Origin: the human T2T-CHM13v2.0 reference genome, Homo sapiens
Length of the DNA stretch: 64,000 bases
Reading direction: 5' to 3' (one strand)
NCBI RefSeq assembly: GCF_009914755.1
Contig: NC_060935.1
The position numbers and the translations under genes are program-made. The notes under the pieces were generated by a model, which searched no databases, was not told where the DNA came from, and worked only from the letters and a program-made list of their open reading frames with translations. Positions 43,721-57,497 of the stretch are shown here, piece by piece. Each line of letters begins with the position of its first letter. Within the stretch, counting starts at the first letter, position 1.

Positions 43721-43829
43721 TATAACTTCTTATTGCAAACTCACCATATGTGAGAGTCTATTAGTCTACTGGGAATGTTAATAGTGAGCACTGCTTCAGC
43801 ATGCAAAATTATAGTCTAAGAGGGTTACT

Positions 43830-46800
43830 GAGGGGGCTTCAGGATGGCTGATTAGAGACATCCAGCACTCCCCTCTTCCACAAAGAGCCAAAATAGCAAG
43901 GAGATAATCACACTTCAAATAGAGAATGTAAGAGAGGACACAAATTCAACAGAGAAGTAGCAGGAAACACCTTAGGCATGGAAGGAGCGGTAGGTGAGAC
44001 AGCCAGCTCATCTGGGATCAGCTGGGAGTCTGGAGTGTGGGGAAAGGGTGAGTGAGAGATCCCGAGGCCCACATTCTCACTGTGTATCTCTGTAATAATA
44101 CCTACAGGAGAGCCTTTCAGCCTTTTCAAGCCCTAAGACTAGCATAGGAAGATGCCTGGATCACATGATGACATTGCCTCAGGGAAGGAGCTTATGCTGA
44201 GTCCCACACATACCCCAAGTCTAAGTAGCTATAGCACAGCATTATTTTGAAAGCTTATTCCTCAGCAGCCTGCATCTTGTTCTGGGACCCAACAGTCCCT
44301 GCATTGCCACATCCCAAAAGCTCTGCTGACATTCTCCCACATTCACATGGAGGGTTGCAACAGCACAATGCTGATTGGACCCAGCACTCTAGCACACATG
44401 GTCTTCTGTGCCCCAGGGAATGGTGGTGCAGTGCACTAGGAAGGGTGTGCCAGGGACAAAGAGAGTCCAAGTGTTTACTCACTAAAGCCTGAGAGCCACT
44501 TGCCTGGGGCAGCTAACACAGACAGCAACTCTGGAACCCCAGCAGCAGGACTGCTGTGCACATGCCCTGAAAACAGTCTCCCCATGCCCACCACTGTGGC
44601 TGTTGTAGCACCCTGGCTCTACTTCAGGAAGCCTGAGGATCACTCTGTCCTATTCACCACAGCTACAGCCTAAGTGTGTCACCAAGAGGCCTGAAGACAA
44701 GCCCACCCAGCCTGGCACTACCTGTAACCCCCGCAACAAACTCTAGTGCCCAAGCACACTGCCCAGATGCCTGGGGATTGCCCTGTTCCATTCACCACTG
44801 CTGGCATCTGTTCATTCCTCCTGGGGGCCTGAGGATGGGCCTACCTAACCTGCTACTGCCACCACAGCCAGAATAAACCTGAATACACCACCTGGGGGCC
44901 TAAGGACTGGCCTGCCCAGCATGTCATAGCTACTGCTAACACCAGTGCATACCACTTCAGTCAGAGCCTAAGGGTTGTTCTGCCACTGCTACTGACATCG
45001 CCCACACCACACATGCTGCCCAGGGGACTGAGAACCCACCCAACTGCCCATCCCACCTGCCCATCCCACCACTGCCACTGTCAACACCTAAGCAAGCCAC
45101 CTGTAGGGTCAAGAATTGACCCAGTTGTACCTGTAAATACCGGTGCCTGCATATGCCACCTAGGGGCTAAAGGACAGACATGCTCATCCCATTGCTGCCA
45201 CCCTGGGGTCTGAGGACTGGCCCATCTTACTTTCTTATCCCCGGAAAAATGTCAACAAACCTTTCACTAATAACCATAGCTTAAGACACTGAGGAAATCA
45301 CAGGCATCACTGATGCTACTTACAGCTGAAGAAATCATAAGGAGACTACACTACTGCATATACCTAGAATCAAAACTAAAGTATTCTACCCAACTAACAC
45401 CACAGATATATCTTCTGGTAATGTATTCCTCTATAAAAGCCAATCCAAACAATTAGAAGAAGTGAATATTACACCAGATATGCAGATATCAATGTAAGAA
45501 CACAAGAAATATTTTTTAAAAAGAATACTTGACACCTCTAAAGGAAAACAATAATTCTCCAGCAACAGATTCCAATAAAAAGAAATTTATAAAATGCCAA
45601 AAAAGATTTCAAAGTAGTAATATTAAAGAAGCTAAGTGAGATAGAAGAAAGCACAGATAATCATTACAGAGAAATCAGAAAAACAATTTAGGATAGGAAC
45701 AAGAAATTTATCAGAGAGGTAGATTAAAAATATATATAGAGAGAGAAATCTTGAAACTGAAGAATTCAATGAATGAAATAAAGAATTCATTCAAGATCTT
45801 CAACAGTAGACTAGATTAAGCAGAAGAAAGGATCTCAGAACTTAAAAACAGGTCTTTTGAAATAGTTCAGCCAGACGAAACATTTTAAAAAATGAAAAAC
45901 AGTGAACAAAGCTTATATGACACATGGGACACCATAAAGTGAGCAAATAGGCAAATTTTGGATATTCAAGAAAATGAAAAGAAGGCCAAAGTCATAAAAA
46001 TCTTTTTTAACAAATTAATAGTTGAAAATTTCCCAGCTCTAACAAGAAGCATAGACATCTAGATACAGGAAGCTTGCAGATCCCCAAATAGATAAAATTC
46101 AAAAGATGTTTTTTATGGCACATTATAGCCAAATTGTCACATCAAAGAAGAAGAGTACATTCTACAAACAGCAAGGGAAAGGTATCTAGTCATTTATAAG
46201 GGAACTCTCCATTAGACAGTGATTTCTCAATAGAAGCCTTACAGGCCAAGAGACAGTGGGATGATATGTTCAGATGGTGAAAGAGAAAAAAACCCTGCCA
46301 CTCAAGAATACTATACCAAGCGAAGTTATTTGTGAGGAATGAAAGATAAATGGTCTCTCCCAGACAAGCATAAACTAAGAAAATGTATTACAACTACACC
46401 AGTCCTACAAGAAATACTTAAGGGAGTTCTACATCTGGAAGAAAAAGTATGATACCTACTATCATGAAAACACATAAAAGTATAAAACTCATTTGTTAAG
46501 TAAACATACAAATGAGAAAGAGAAAAAAACTCAAATTTTACCACTAACCCCTGTTCACCAAACTGCAGTAATAAGCAAGAGAAAATAAAGGATATATAAA
46601 GCAATCAGAAAACAATGAACAAAATAACAGAAATAAGTCTTCATATAGCAACACCCTTGAATGTAAACATATTACATTAAAGATATAGACTGGTAGATTG
46701 AATTAAAAAAAAAAAACTGAGCCAAATGCATGTTGCCTACAAGAATTACACTAAAAGTAAAGAAATGGAAAAAACAAAAAAAAGCTGTTCTACACTAACA

Positions 46801-48075
46801 GAAACCAAAAGTAAGTTGGGGTGGATATACCAGAAAAAAGCTACTTTAAGTCAAAAACGGTAAAAAGAGACAAAGAAGGTCATTATATAATGACAACGAA
46901 AGCAATTCAGCAAAAGGGTATAACAATTCTAAATAAATATGCAGCAACCCTGAAGCACCCAGATATATAAAGCAAATATTATTAGATCTAAAGGGAAAAA
47001 TAGACTCTAATACAATAATATTTGGGAACTTCAACATCCCACTCTTAGCACTAGAAAGATCATCTAGACAGAAAGTGAACAAAGAAACACTGGATTTAAA
47101 CTGGATTTTAGACCAAATGGACCTAACAGACATCTACAAAACATTTTACCTAACAGTTGCAGAACACAGCGCATGAAACATTCTCCAGAATAGACCATAT
47201 GTTAGGCAACAAAACGAGTCTCAATACATTTCAAAAAATCAAAATCATAGCAAGCTTCTTCTCAAAACTCAATGGAAAAAAAAAAGAGAAATACAAGAGG
47301 AACTTCAGAAATTATACAAATACATGGAAATTAAACAATATACAACAACCACTGGGTCAGTGAGGAAATTAAAAAGAAAATTTAAAAAAATATTGAAGCA
47401 AATAAAAATGGAAACACAACATACCAAAACATAAAAGATACAGCAAAAGTAATGCTAAGGAGGGAAGTTTATAACAATAAATGCCTATCTCAAAAAAGTA
47501 GAAATATTTCAAGGAAACAATCTAACGATGCACTTCAAGAAACTATATAGAAAAGCAAGAACAAACCAAATACAAAATTAGGAGAGGAAAGAAATGATAA
47601 TAAAGACCAGAGTAAAACTAAATGATAGAGAGACTAAAGAAAAAACAATGCAATGGATCAATGAAATAAAAAGTTGGTTTTTGAAGAGAATAATAAAATT
47701 GATAAACCATTAGTTTGACCCACCAAGAAGAAAAAAAAAAGAGAGAGAAAACTGAAACAAAATCAGAAAGAAAAAAATGAGACATAACAATTCATATCAC
47801 CAAAATAAAAAAGATCATCAGACTATTATGAACAACTGTACGCTAACAAATTGGAAAACCTGGAGGAAATGATTAAATATCTGGACACATGCCAATCCGG
47901 CAAGATTGAATTAGGAAAAAATAAAAAACTTAAGGAGACCTATAACATAATAAGATTGAATCAGTAATAAAAAGTATTCCAACAAAGAAAAGTCCAAGAT
48001 TGGATGGCTTCACCACTTAATTCTACAGAACCTTTAAAGAAGATTTAATATCAATTCTTCTCAAACTTTCTGAAA
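43830..48075 (+). mobile_element. L1 (L1M2/L1PBa/L1MA-like) 5' UTR, ORF1 and the first part of ORF2; 3' part missing
   Basis: ttcaggatggctga start, GC-rich internally repetitive 5' UTR, ORF1 remnants ~45480-46450, endonuclease motifs (HETFSRIDHMLG at 47157-47363). Confidence 0.9.
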
Positions 48076-48182
48076 TACTGATTTATCTTTGTATTCCCAG
48101 AATAAGCCACATTTGATCATGAAAAAAAGAAAATGGCTTACCATTTCCAAAGCTAGAATCTTCTTACATCTTTGGACTTTGC

Positions 48183-48185
<3 letters not shown>

Positions 48186-48221
<36 letters not shown>
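48186..48221 (+). repeat. (TG)18 microsatellite
   Basis: Perfect dinucleotide run. Confidence 0.97.
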
Positions 48222-48226
<5 letters not shown>

Positions 48227-49467
48227 CATACGCATCCACACCCCCAGGGTATTCACACAAAAAGCATAGCTTCTTTCCTCAACAAGGACCTTGAGTTTTT
48301 TTTTTCTACTAAGGCCCATCTGTGGGACAAATTAATATAAAATGTGTTAAGGTGTTTTCTTAGGATACTAAAGTTAAAAAAAAAAAAAACTCCTGGTAAA
48401 GTACTCATAATTATAACAACTTAAAGCTTTGACAAATGTCACATTCCTAGCCATAGCAATTTGTGGAAGAGTTGAGGAAATACAGGTTATTCATCTATCC
48501 TTTCCTGTATCTCTCATGTTGATAATGGAGCTAATGGAGTTTGTTTGATTTTGAACATCAACTAAGTAAACCATGGTCTGATATTTCAAAGATGGTCTTA
48601 CGTCTGAGATGTTAAAATAAAATATACTATAAATCAAGGCAGTATTATTATGAGGTCAATTTTCAAGGAACAGTTTCCCAATAAAGGTTTATCAAGTAAA
48701 TCTTTAAATAAGTTTTCAGGACACAGCATGCTTTGAGCTTTTCCAGTTAATTAAATATAACTAATTTTCCAGTAGAGGATTTTAAGTCAGTTAAAGCTAC
48801 CTTCGGAAATATTATAGGAAAAGATTGTATTATATTAATTTATTTGAAGTATTAAAAATTATAGATAGCGCATGATTTAAATGGAATCCTCTTCTCAGAA
48901 TGTTAACCACTATAATGTCTAGAGACTACACACTTACAGTACTCTCAGGACAAACTCTGAAAAATAGACCATAAATCCCACAGGGTGGATATACCAAGTT
49001 GCATATAAAGCAAACCAAGCCCTTAAGACAGGAAACAGAACATTCAATCTCAATCCAGAGAACTTTAGAACAGATATGTTCAATTCAAAGTTTTCTTCAT
49101 TGCTTGCATACTAGGCTCTGAGAAAGCCAAAAAAGTAACCAAGAAATGTATACTCAGAACCGACTTTCTGAAGCTGACAAAGTAAAATCCCAAAATGATA
49201 TAATATGTAGGCATGGGATGTATTTTTGATACCCAACTCAGATTGTATAACAAATAAATGTCAAGGGTATTCCTTTCAAGCCTCACCTGGTTACAGCAAA
49301 CTTAGAGACACATATAGACACAGACACCACCTATAAATATTTTTTGCTCTAACATAAGCCAAAGCTTTGGAGAAAAGGTAATGTAAGGATATTTGGAGGA
49401 CTCCACAAGTACATGTAAGAAGCAACCTTGAATTTTAGGTGAATAGTAGTGCCATGTATTGGATGAG

Positions 49468-50786
49468 CAGGATGCATCCAGGTAGTGTGAGGCCTGAAAT
49501 TTATTCAAATCAGCATTACAAATGCAAAATTAGTGATGAGAGTAAATATTTATGTAGAACAAAAATAAATCACAAGTTATAAATTTAAAAAAACAAACAT
49601 TTCATAAACATGAAAAAAATAAAAAATTTTTTAACTGCTTAATTATTTTGACTGTTTATTCTTTAATTCTTCTCAGAAAAAGAACTTTGTAATATAATTT
49701 TCTCTAGAGAAAATGAATACCTAATTCTACCTCTCCTTTAGCATGGTTGAATGAAATTTGTTTTTATTACTAATTGTAGAGATCAGAGGTGCAAGAGCCC
49801 TTTGCAGGAACTGGGAAGGGGTTACAGAAATGTGTTCACATGTTTTTGTTAATTTCTGCAAAAGTTAGATATTTTAACTAAGATCAGTTCAGACAACTAT
49901 GTATTTTCACTCTGCTGTGGTCTATATGTTTGTGTTACCCTTCAAATTCATATGTTAAAACCTAATCACCAGTGTGATGGTATTAGGAAGTAGGGCCTTT
50001 GAAAGGTATTTAGGTCATGAGTTCAGAGTCCTTCTGAATGGAATTGGTGTCTATCAATGCCAAAGAGCCCCCAAAGAACTGCTTACCCCTTTCTGCCATG
50101 TCAGATACAGCAAGACAGCACCATAAACCAGGAAAAAAACCCTCATCACCAAATCTGTTAATGCCTTGACATTGAACTTCCCACGTTCCAGAACAGTGGG
50201 AAATACATTTCTGTTGTTTATAAGCAGTTTATGGTACTTCGTTGTAACATCACAAGTGGACTAATGCACTCCAACTTCTCCTTTTACTCTATCACGTGAC
50301 TTCATGTCAAGTGGTATTCATATGGCTACAAGAAGTTTTGGAATCTGGCTGGGGGATATTGAGGAATATATGTAGTCTAAGTTTAGTCGGATGTATTTGT
50401 GTGGTTTGTAGTCAGTCCTGATTTTACTTGGATTACTGCAGATTATCACAGTGTGGAAACAGCTTCCACCAATACACCTCAAAATATATATAAGGTTAGC
50501 CACTGCACAAAAACACAGTCACAATGCCTTTCATGTTGTACAGATAATATATGAAAAACATTGTACAGAGGTTTTTAAAAATTTGAAAGTACTAAAATTT
50601 ACATGGCATTGCCGTTAAATTCTAAAACTGAGGCTGAAAGTGTCATGAAGGGAAATACATAATGAAACTATATGATCAATTTCAGTTAAAGTATCTTACT
50701 TAAAAAAAAAGTGACACTATGCCCACATTGCTTTGGTGCTTCCTGAAGCATAAAGTTTCACTGGCTTCATGGTAAACCTGCTTCTA
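49468..50786. mobile_element. Old hAT DNA transposon with MER53-like termini, interrupted by an MLT1A LTR
   Basis: Left cagg..catccagg...ggcctgaaatttat; right cctgaagc...gcttcatggtaaacctgcttct. Confidence 0.55.
49913..50268 (+). mobile_element. MLT1A0/MSTD-like solo LTR
   Basis: tgctgtggtc...caaattcatatgttaaaacctaatc...aaatacatttctgttgtttataagc. Confidence 0.85.
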
Positions 50787-50799
50787 TATATACTGTAAG

Positions 50800-51430
50800 G
50801 AAAGGTAGGACTTTAGACAGGTTTGGTTTAAAATCTCAGCTTCATTACTTAAGAGTTCAGTGATAAGGACTACTTTTTCAGCCTTAGTTTCCTCGTCTAT
50901 TAAATACTTCACTTGAGAAGCTTGAAAGATTCATTTATTCAACAACTGCTGATTGAGTATCTAAACAGAAGGTGCTGGGAATGAGTTTAGCATATGCCAG
51001 GAACTGAAAGATTTATGTGGCTGACAAAGAGTTGAGCAAAGCAGAAAACATTAGTAACTGAGATCTGAGAGAAGGGACCTCACACATGGCAAAGAGTCTT
51101 AACTTTATTATTATTGCAAGTAGCTTATTTTAAAATTTTAAACAGGAAGTGACATTCATGATTATTTCATCCATGTGGAGACTTATAATATTGACAGCAA
51201 CAATTGTTTTGGGGGCATAGATTATGTTACAGGCAAGATAATAATCACTATACAAATGCTTTTTTATGTAATCCTCTTAGAAACCTATTGAAATAGTGTC
51301 ATTACCTCCAATTTGCAGCGTTAGAAACCAAAACTTGGAAAAATTAATTAACTTACTGGAAGCCAGGAGGTTAGATTTGGACAAAGTGGGTTCAAACCTA
51401 GGTCTCTATTACTTCAAAGCCTCTTCTGCA
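50800..51430. mobile_element. MIR / L2 / MIR relic cluster
   Basis: gccttagtttcctcgtctattaaa; ttcatttattcaacaa (L2 3' end); gggttcaaacctaggtct. Confidence 0.55.
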
Positions 51431-52252
51431 AACTGTAGTTAGCCTGTTACCACCTAGCAGGAGTCTGATCACTTCAATATCACTGAGATTTAAGGGAGTG
51501 TTTGCACCATTTGGGTGAGTATTATTGGAAATCTCTTGTCTGTGCTCTAAATTTTTCTGTGGGGAAAAATAGACTATCCTTTTAAATTGAGAAAATTTTT
51601 TAATGTTTTGTCAGTTAGCTCAGTAAAGAAAAGGTGCTCTTTTGCAGTTTAGAGTGTGGCTTTTTGCAAATGCAATACTATTTTAAAATGGCATCCAGTA
51701 CAACAGATGTTTATTTGTCACAGTACACTTCGGGATATGGGTTCTTTATTTTCCTCTGCTCCAGCATCCACTCTGGATCAGAAATTCTTGGCATAAATGT
51801 AAGTGTTGAATCATATCAAATGAGTAAGAATCTTTACTATTAGAATTTGACTCGTCTCCTAAGGGTCCTTTAATTATTTCTTATTTGGGTCTCCTTTATC
51901 TAAATTGACTGGGTAATTTCATCGAGGTATGAGATATTTGCCTAATCTTCTCTATAGGCTTCTGTTTAGCGCTTGTAATTAAAGAGTGAATGATAGCCCT
52001 TGGCAGATCCTCTAAAATAACTCAGGTTTAATATAGCCAAAGACTTCCCTTATAAAGTCACATCGGGCCAACTTAATTATTCTGAAAAGTAGAGATTAGA
52101 GATGAGCCATGTGAAGATGCGTTTTCTTTGAAAGAAAGCAGACAGTGACTGAGGAACTTTTAGGTCTATGTATAAAATGGTAGAGTTGGATCCATGCCAG
52201 AGGGAGTTAAATCCACAATAAGCAAATAGTAACACGCAAAAGAGAAGCTCTT

Positions 52253-52576
<324 letters not shown>

Positions 52577-53547
52577 CTACTGTCTGTATTCTACTTCCTT
52601 TTCATTTTTTTCTTTGTTGAGAAAGCACTGAAAGAACATTTCCAATTTTGTGTTAATCAAGAAAATGATTGTTTTCTGATGGATTTCACCTTCATATTTC
52701 ATCAATACAATTAAATTCTCTCCAGATAAACCCACCTATTTCTTCATTTAGTAATTCTTTCCTTAACTTTATAATTTAACCACTAAGTATTTGCATTTGG
52801 TCAGCCAAGTGTCAGCCAAGTGTTAGAAACTCAGCAGCAGTAAAGTCAGTGCAACATTTGGTAGATACAATTTCATAAATGACTGGAAATTTTCATTTCA
52901 CATATCAGTCAATCTAGCTAGACCAGTGGTACCAATGCCTGACTTTCATCCATACCTTTATTCAATTAATTAAGTCATAAAATGCAACCTTTAAGTAGAA
53001 GTCAGTAATACTAAAGTGCAGAGAAGGAATCTGTAATCAGTTTGAAAGATTTGAATTTCTGTTAAACACTTAAGATGTCAGGCTTGGTTGTGCCCTAGAC
53101 AGAGAATTTCCTAGAACAACTGGTAGTTACTTTAGATTGCTCTGTATTTTAAACAGAAGATCATACAATTATTTAGCACTTCAGAGATGAAAACAGCTTT
53201 TGCATGCAAAAAATGACAGAAAATGCAGTAGGTTACCATGTGACTTTGTGCTCATTTCCACCATACCTCAACCTAATTTAATTTTAAAGGACATTTTAAG
53301 TAATGTTTTGACTATAAAGCTCTTGCATCTGATTAAAACATGACAAATCCTTATGTGAACTAAAGTTATAGGAACAAAAATATTTTTGAAGCTGTGCAAA
53401 GGTGCTAAGAAGTTGACAATTTTGATTGTTGACAATCACTGATGGAATATGGTTGAAATCTGGTACCAAAATAATAGCTATTAAATGGGCAATGGCTACG
53501 ATTTTTGTGACTGAATAAGGGCTGTGCCTAAACAATTATACTCTAAG

Positions 53548-53868
53548 GCCTGATAGGGTAGCTACTAACCAGATATGGCTGTTGAACACCTTAAATGTGG
53601 CTATTCTAAATTTAGATGAGCTAAAAATATAAAATACACACCAGCTTTGAAGACTCATTGTGAGAAAATATAAAACTCGCATAATAACTTCTATATAGAA
53701 TACAGGTTAAAATGATAATATTTTGGGTATATTAAGCTAAGAAAAACATTATTAAAATTAATTTTGCTCATCTTGCTTTTTAAATGTAACTACTTGAAAA
53801 TTTAAAATTACATACGCAACTTGTATTTGTGACTCTCATTATATTTCTATTTGATGGCATTGCTCCAA
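53548..53868. mobile_element. MER33 hAT MITE
   Basis: tagctactaacc...ttaaatgtggcta...ataaaatacacacc...cattatatttctatt. Confidence 0.8.
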
Positions 53869-54795
53869 GGGGACAGACAGAGGCAAATAAATTGTTAAAG
53901 AGTAAATTAAAATCCATTTGAACACATTTGGCAGTTATATTAACCTTCAAAATATATCTTAGAAGCCTTTTCATATCTTACTGAGTAATTCTGTCCCTTA
54001 GATAACCATCCTTATTAACATATACATAAGAGACCAACATATACAAATGCACATGTGCACACACACAGAGTTCTCAGAAGGAGGAGAAATGAAATAACTG
54101 GAAGCAGCCTGGCACGCTAAAAAGAAAACTGGAATAAGACTAAGAAAATTTGGATTTGTTAAAAATGTTTGCCACAACTGTTTCTAGTGACAATAAGTCA
54201 CTTATTTGACCAGATCCTTAGTTTTCCCATTTGTTAGTTGACTGTGTTAAAGAATCTCGAAGACTTTCCTGCTCGCACATGCAAGGAATCCTTAAGGCAG
54301 ATGAAAAAGATATAGGATTGACATGAGAGTTGATTAGAAAACTGGACTTCACTGGAGAAAATGGAGAAAAGCCATTATAAATGCCCAGAGCAAGATAACC
54401 CTTGAAGAGTACAGAGACAAGCATCCCAGGAAGATGTCTTTTCCCATTAGCCTCTACCCTCTGCTTACACATTTCATCTTCACAGAAGAAAGTGTATCCC
54501 CCTCTCTCTCTGAGTCTATATTCTTGTTGAACAGATTTTTTTTTCTCACAACCACCCCAAGTCACATTTTGTCCCTCTGGTCACTTGGATTCTTGCTCCT
54601 ACCCAACATCATTTGTTGTCTTTTGATTTCACATAGGAAGTTCTCCTGTGAATGATCTTGCATTTGCCTTCTTTCTGACTTAGTTTTCTATTTGCGAGCC
54701 CCTATCTTTAAAACAAGATTCAAAGCCAAATTTCTCCAACTTCCAACTTCCGAAGCTTTTATGCGACCTCATCCTTACCTTGCAGGTTCTGGAAC

Positions 54796-55341
54796 TGTTA
54801 TGGGAAAGAGGTTCCAATCCAGACCCCAAGAGAGGGTTCCTGGATCTCGCACAAGAAAGAATTCAAGATGAGTCCATAAAGTGACAGCAAGTTTATTAGG
54901 AAAGTAAATAAATAAAAGAATGGCTATTCTATAGACAGAGCAGCCCCAAGAACTGCTGGTTGCGCATTTTTATGGTTATTTCTTGATGATATGTTAAACA
55001 AGGGGTGGGTTAGTCATACCTCCCCTTTTAGACCATCTAGCATAACTTCCTGACCTTGCCATGGCATTTGTAAACTATCATGGCACTGATGGGAATGTAG
55101 CAGTGAGGACAGCCAGAGGTCACTCTCATGGTCACCTTGGTTTTGGGGGTTTTAGCCAGCTTCTTTACCGCAATGTTTTATCAGCAAGGTCTTTATGACC
55201 TGTATCTTGTGCCAACCTCCTATCTCATCCTGTGACTTAGAATGCCTTAACCATCTGGGAATGCAACCCAGTAGGTCTCAGCATTATGTTGCCCAGCTTC
55301 TATTCAAGATGGAGTTGTTCTTGAATAGAACACCTCTGACA
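54796..55341 (-). mobile_element. MER41A solo LTR
   Basis: Reverse-complement homologue of 34118-34664; TSD gaac/gatc. Confidence 0.9.
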
Positions 55342-56464
55342 GATCTTCTCAAAAGGTAAGGCACATTTAGGTCTGGGGTAGGATGGAAGGGTACGGGATG
55401 AGAGATTTTCCGTTGTACAAAGGGAAGGCAGAAGTTAAAGTAGGAAGGCCAAGAAAGAAAGGAAAATCTCCTTCCATGGCGTGAGTGTCGTCTTCCTTTA
55501 TTTGTGATTCCAGTTATTTAATTACTTCTATTGAGTATTGAACTTTCCATCTAGAGGTATGCAGACAAATCATATTCTCTGCCCTTGGAAATCTGTACAA
55601 TACTAATGTTTCAAAATATTAATATGTGAGCTTTCTTCTTTCCTTTTCCAAATTTCCATTTTGGTAGGATGATCTCCCCAAAATCGCCTTTAGGTGCATG
55701 AGAACCACACCCCAAAATGTCCTTTTTCACTTCTATCAAAAGTTCTCTCTTTTTAACCCGATTATTTCTGAAATGAGCTGAAATCTGTAGCCTAAATATA
55801 TAAACATAATGATGTGATTTTATAATCAGTTTAGATTAAGTGCAAAACGTATTTAAAATGTAAGAGTGTCACCTGTTCAAGATGCTATCATTAAAGTGGT
55901 TGGTTGTTACTTATACATAAGTCCCTTGAGTAGTTAATGCAAGGCCATTCTCAATAATACCCAGAGCTACTCAAATATGATTCGTAAAAGAGACAGTCCT
56001 TGAATCTCCTCTCCAGGGCAACCTGAGGTAATAGGTAATCACCGTATTCTGTCCTTTTGCTATTACAGCTATCAGAACTGCTTGACAAAATTGCTATCCC
56101 TCTCCTAACCAGGTAAGACTAACCCAAAACTCCTTTGGAGAAGAGGAGAAAGGGGAAGTGTTGCTGGCCACCTGGAAACACAAAGTTCTTGACTCCCCAC
56201 TTGACTCTCATAGGCTGATACTCTAACCCTTATTCTCCATGGGCTAGAGAATCCCTTCTCATCTGCTCATTGAAACTCACAGACAAAAGGTGCCTGCATT
56301 TATTTTACTCATAGGTGTCAAGATTCCATTTTCCATGTTGAAGTTATTTCAAGTACCTTTAACCATACTACAAGAAATACAGTAGTATGGAGACCCCATA
56401 GGAAATGTATAAATTGCCCTGCCCAAAAACAATACAGTTAAAAGTCAGAACAAAGAAAAGCTGG

Positions 56465-56917
56465 TGTGAACCCCAAATATCTGAGGGAGGTCTCAGTTAA
56501 TTTAGAAAGTTTATTTTGACAAAGTGAGGACATGCACACATGACACAGCCTCAGAAGGTCCTGACGACATTTCCCCTAGGTGGTCAGAGCACAGTTTGAT
56601 TTTATACATTTTCGGGAGACATGAGACATCAATCAACATATGTAATATGAACATTGGTTCCATCTTGAAGCAAAGGAGGGACAACTTGAAGTGGGGAGGG
56701 GGCTTCCAGGTCATCGGTAGAAAAGAGACAAATGGTTGCATTATTTTGAGTTTCTGATTAGCCTCTCCAAAGAAGGCAATCAGATATGCATTTATCTCAG
56801 TGAGCAGAGGGGCGACTTTGTATAGAATATGAGGCAGGTTTGCCCTAAACAGTTCCTAGCTTGATTTTCCCTTTAGCTTAGTGATTTTGGGGCCCCAAGA
56901 TTTATTTTCTTTTCAAA
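56465..56917 (-). mobile_element. MER4A1-like solo LTR
   Basis: tgtgaaccccaaatatctgag...ggtctcagttaatttagaaagtttattttg...ggccccaagatttattttc. Confidence 0.88.
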
Positions 56918-57149
56918 CAAGATTCTCTAATTCTAGTTTATTTGTTAGATCCTATGTATTTGGCTATTCTCATCTCTTGTACAAGTGAGGTTCACTAGTC
57001 CGAACCTCTTTACTTTCCATTTTGGCGTCTTTTGGCAAGGTCACACTGAGTTTATACAGTGTACCTGTGTCTAGGTTCATGGCTTTCCAAGTATGCCATC
57101 ATAAAATAGCTTGTACTATTTTACTGGGAAATTAAACCCAGGACTATAA

Positions 57150-57497
<348 letters not shown>

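Noticed and set aside
44600-45230. Recurring ggggcctgaggactggcc / ccactgccac units as a CRISPR-like or novel array
   Set aside because: Degenerate internal repeats of an old L1 5' UTR, with no constant repeat-spacer periodicity.
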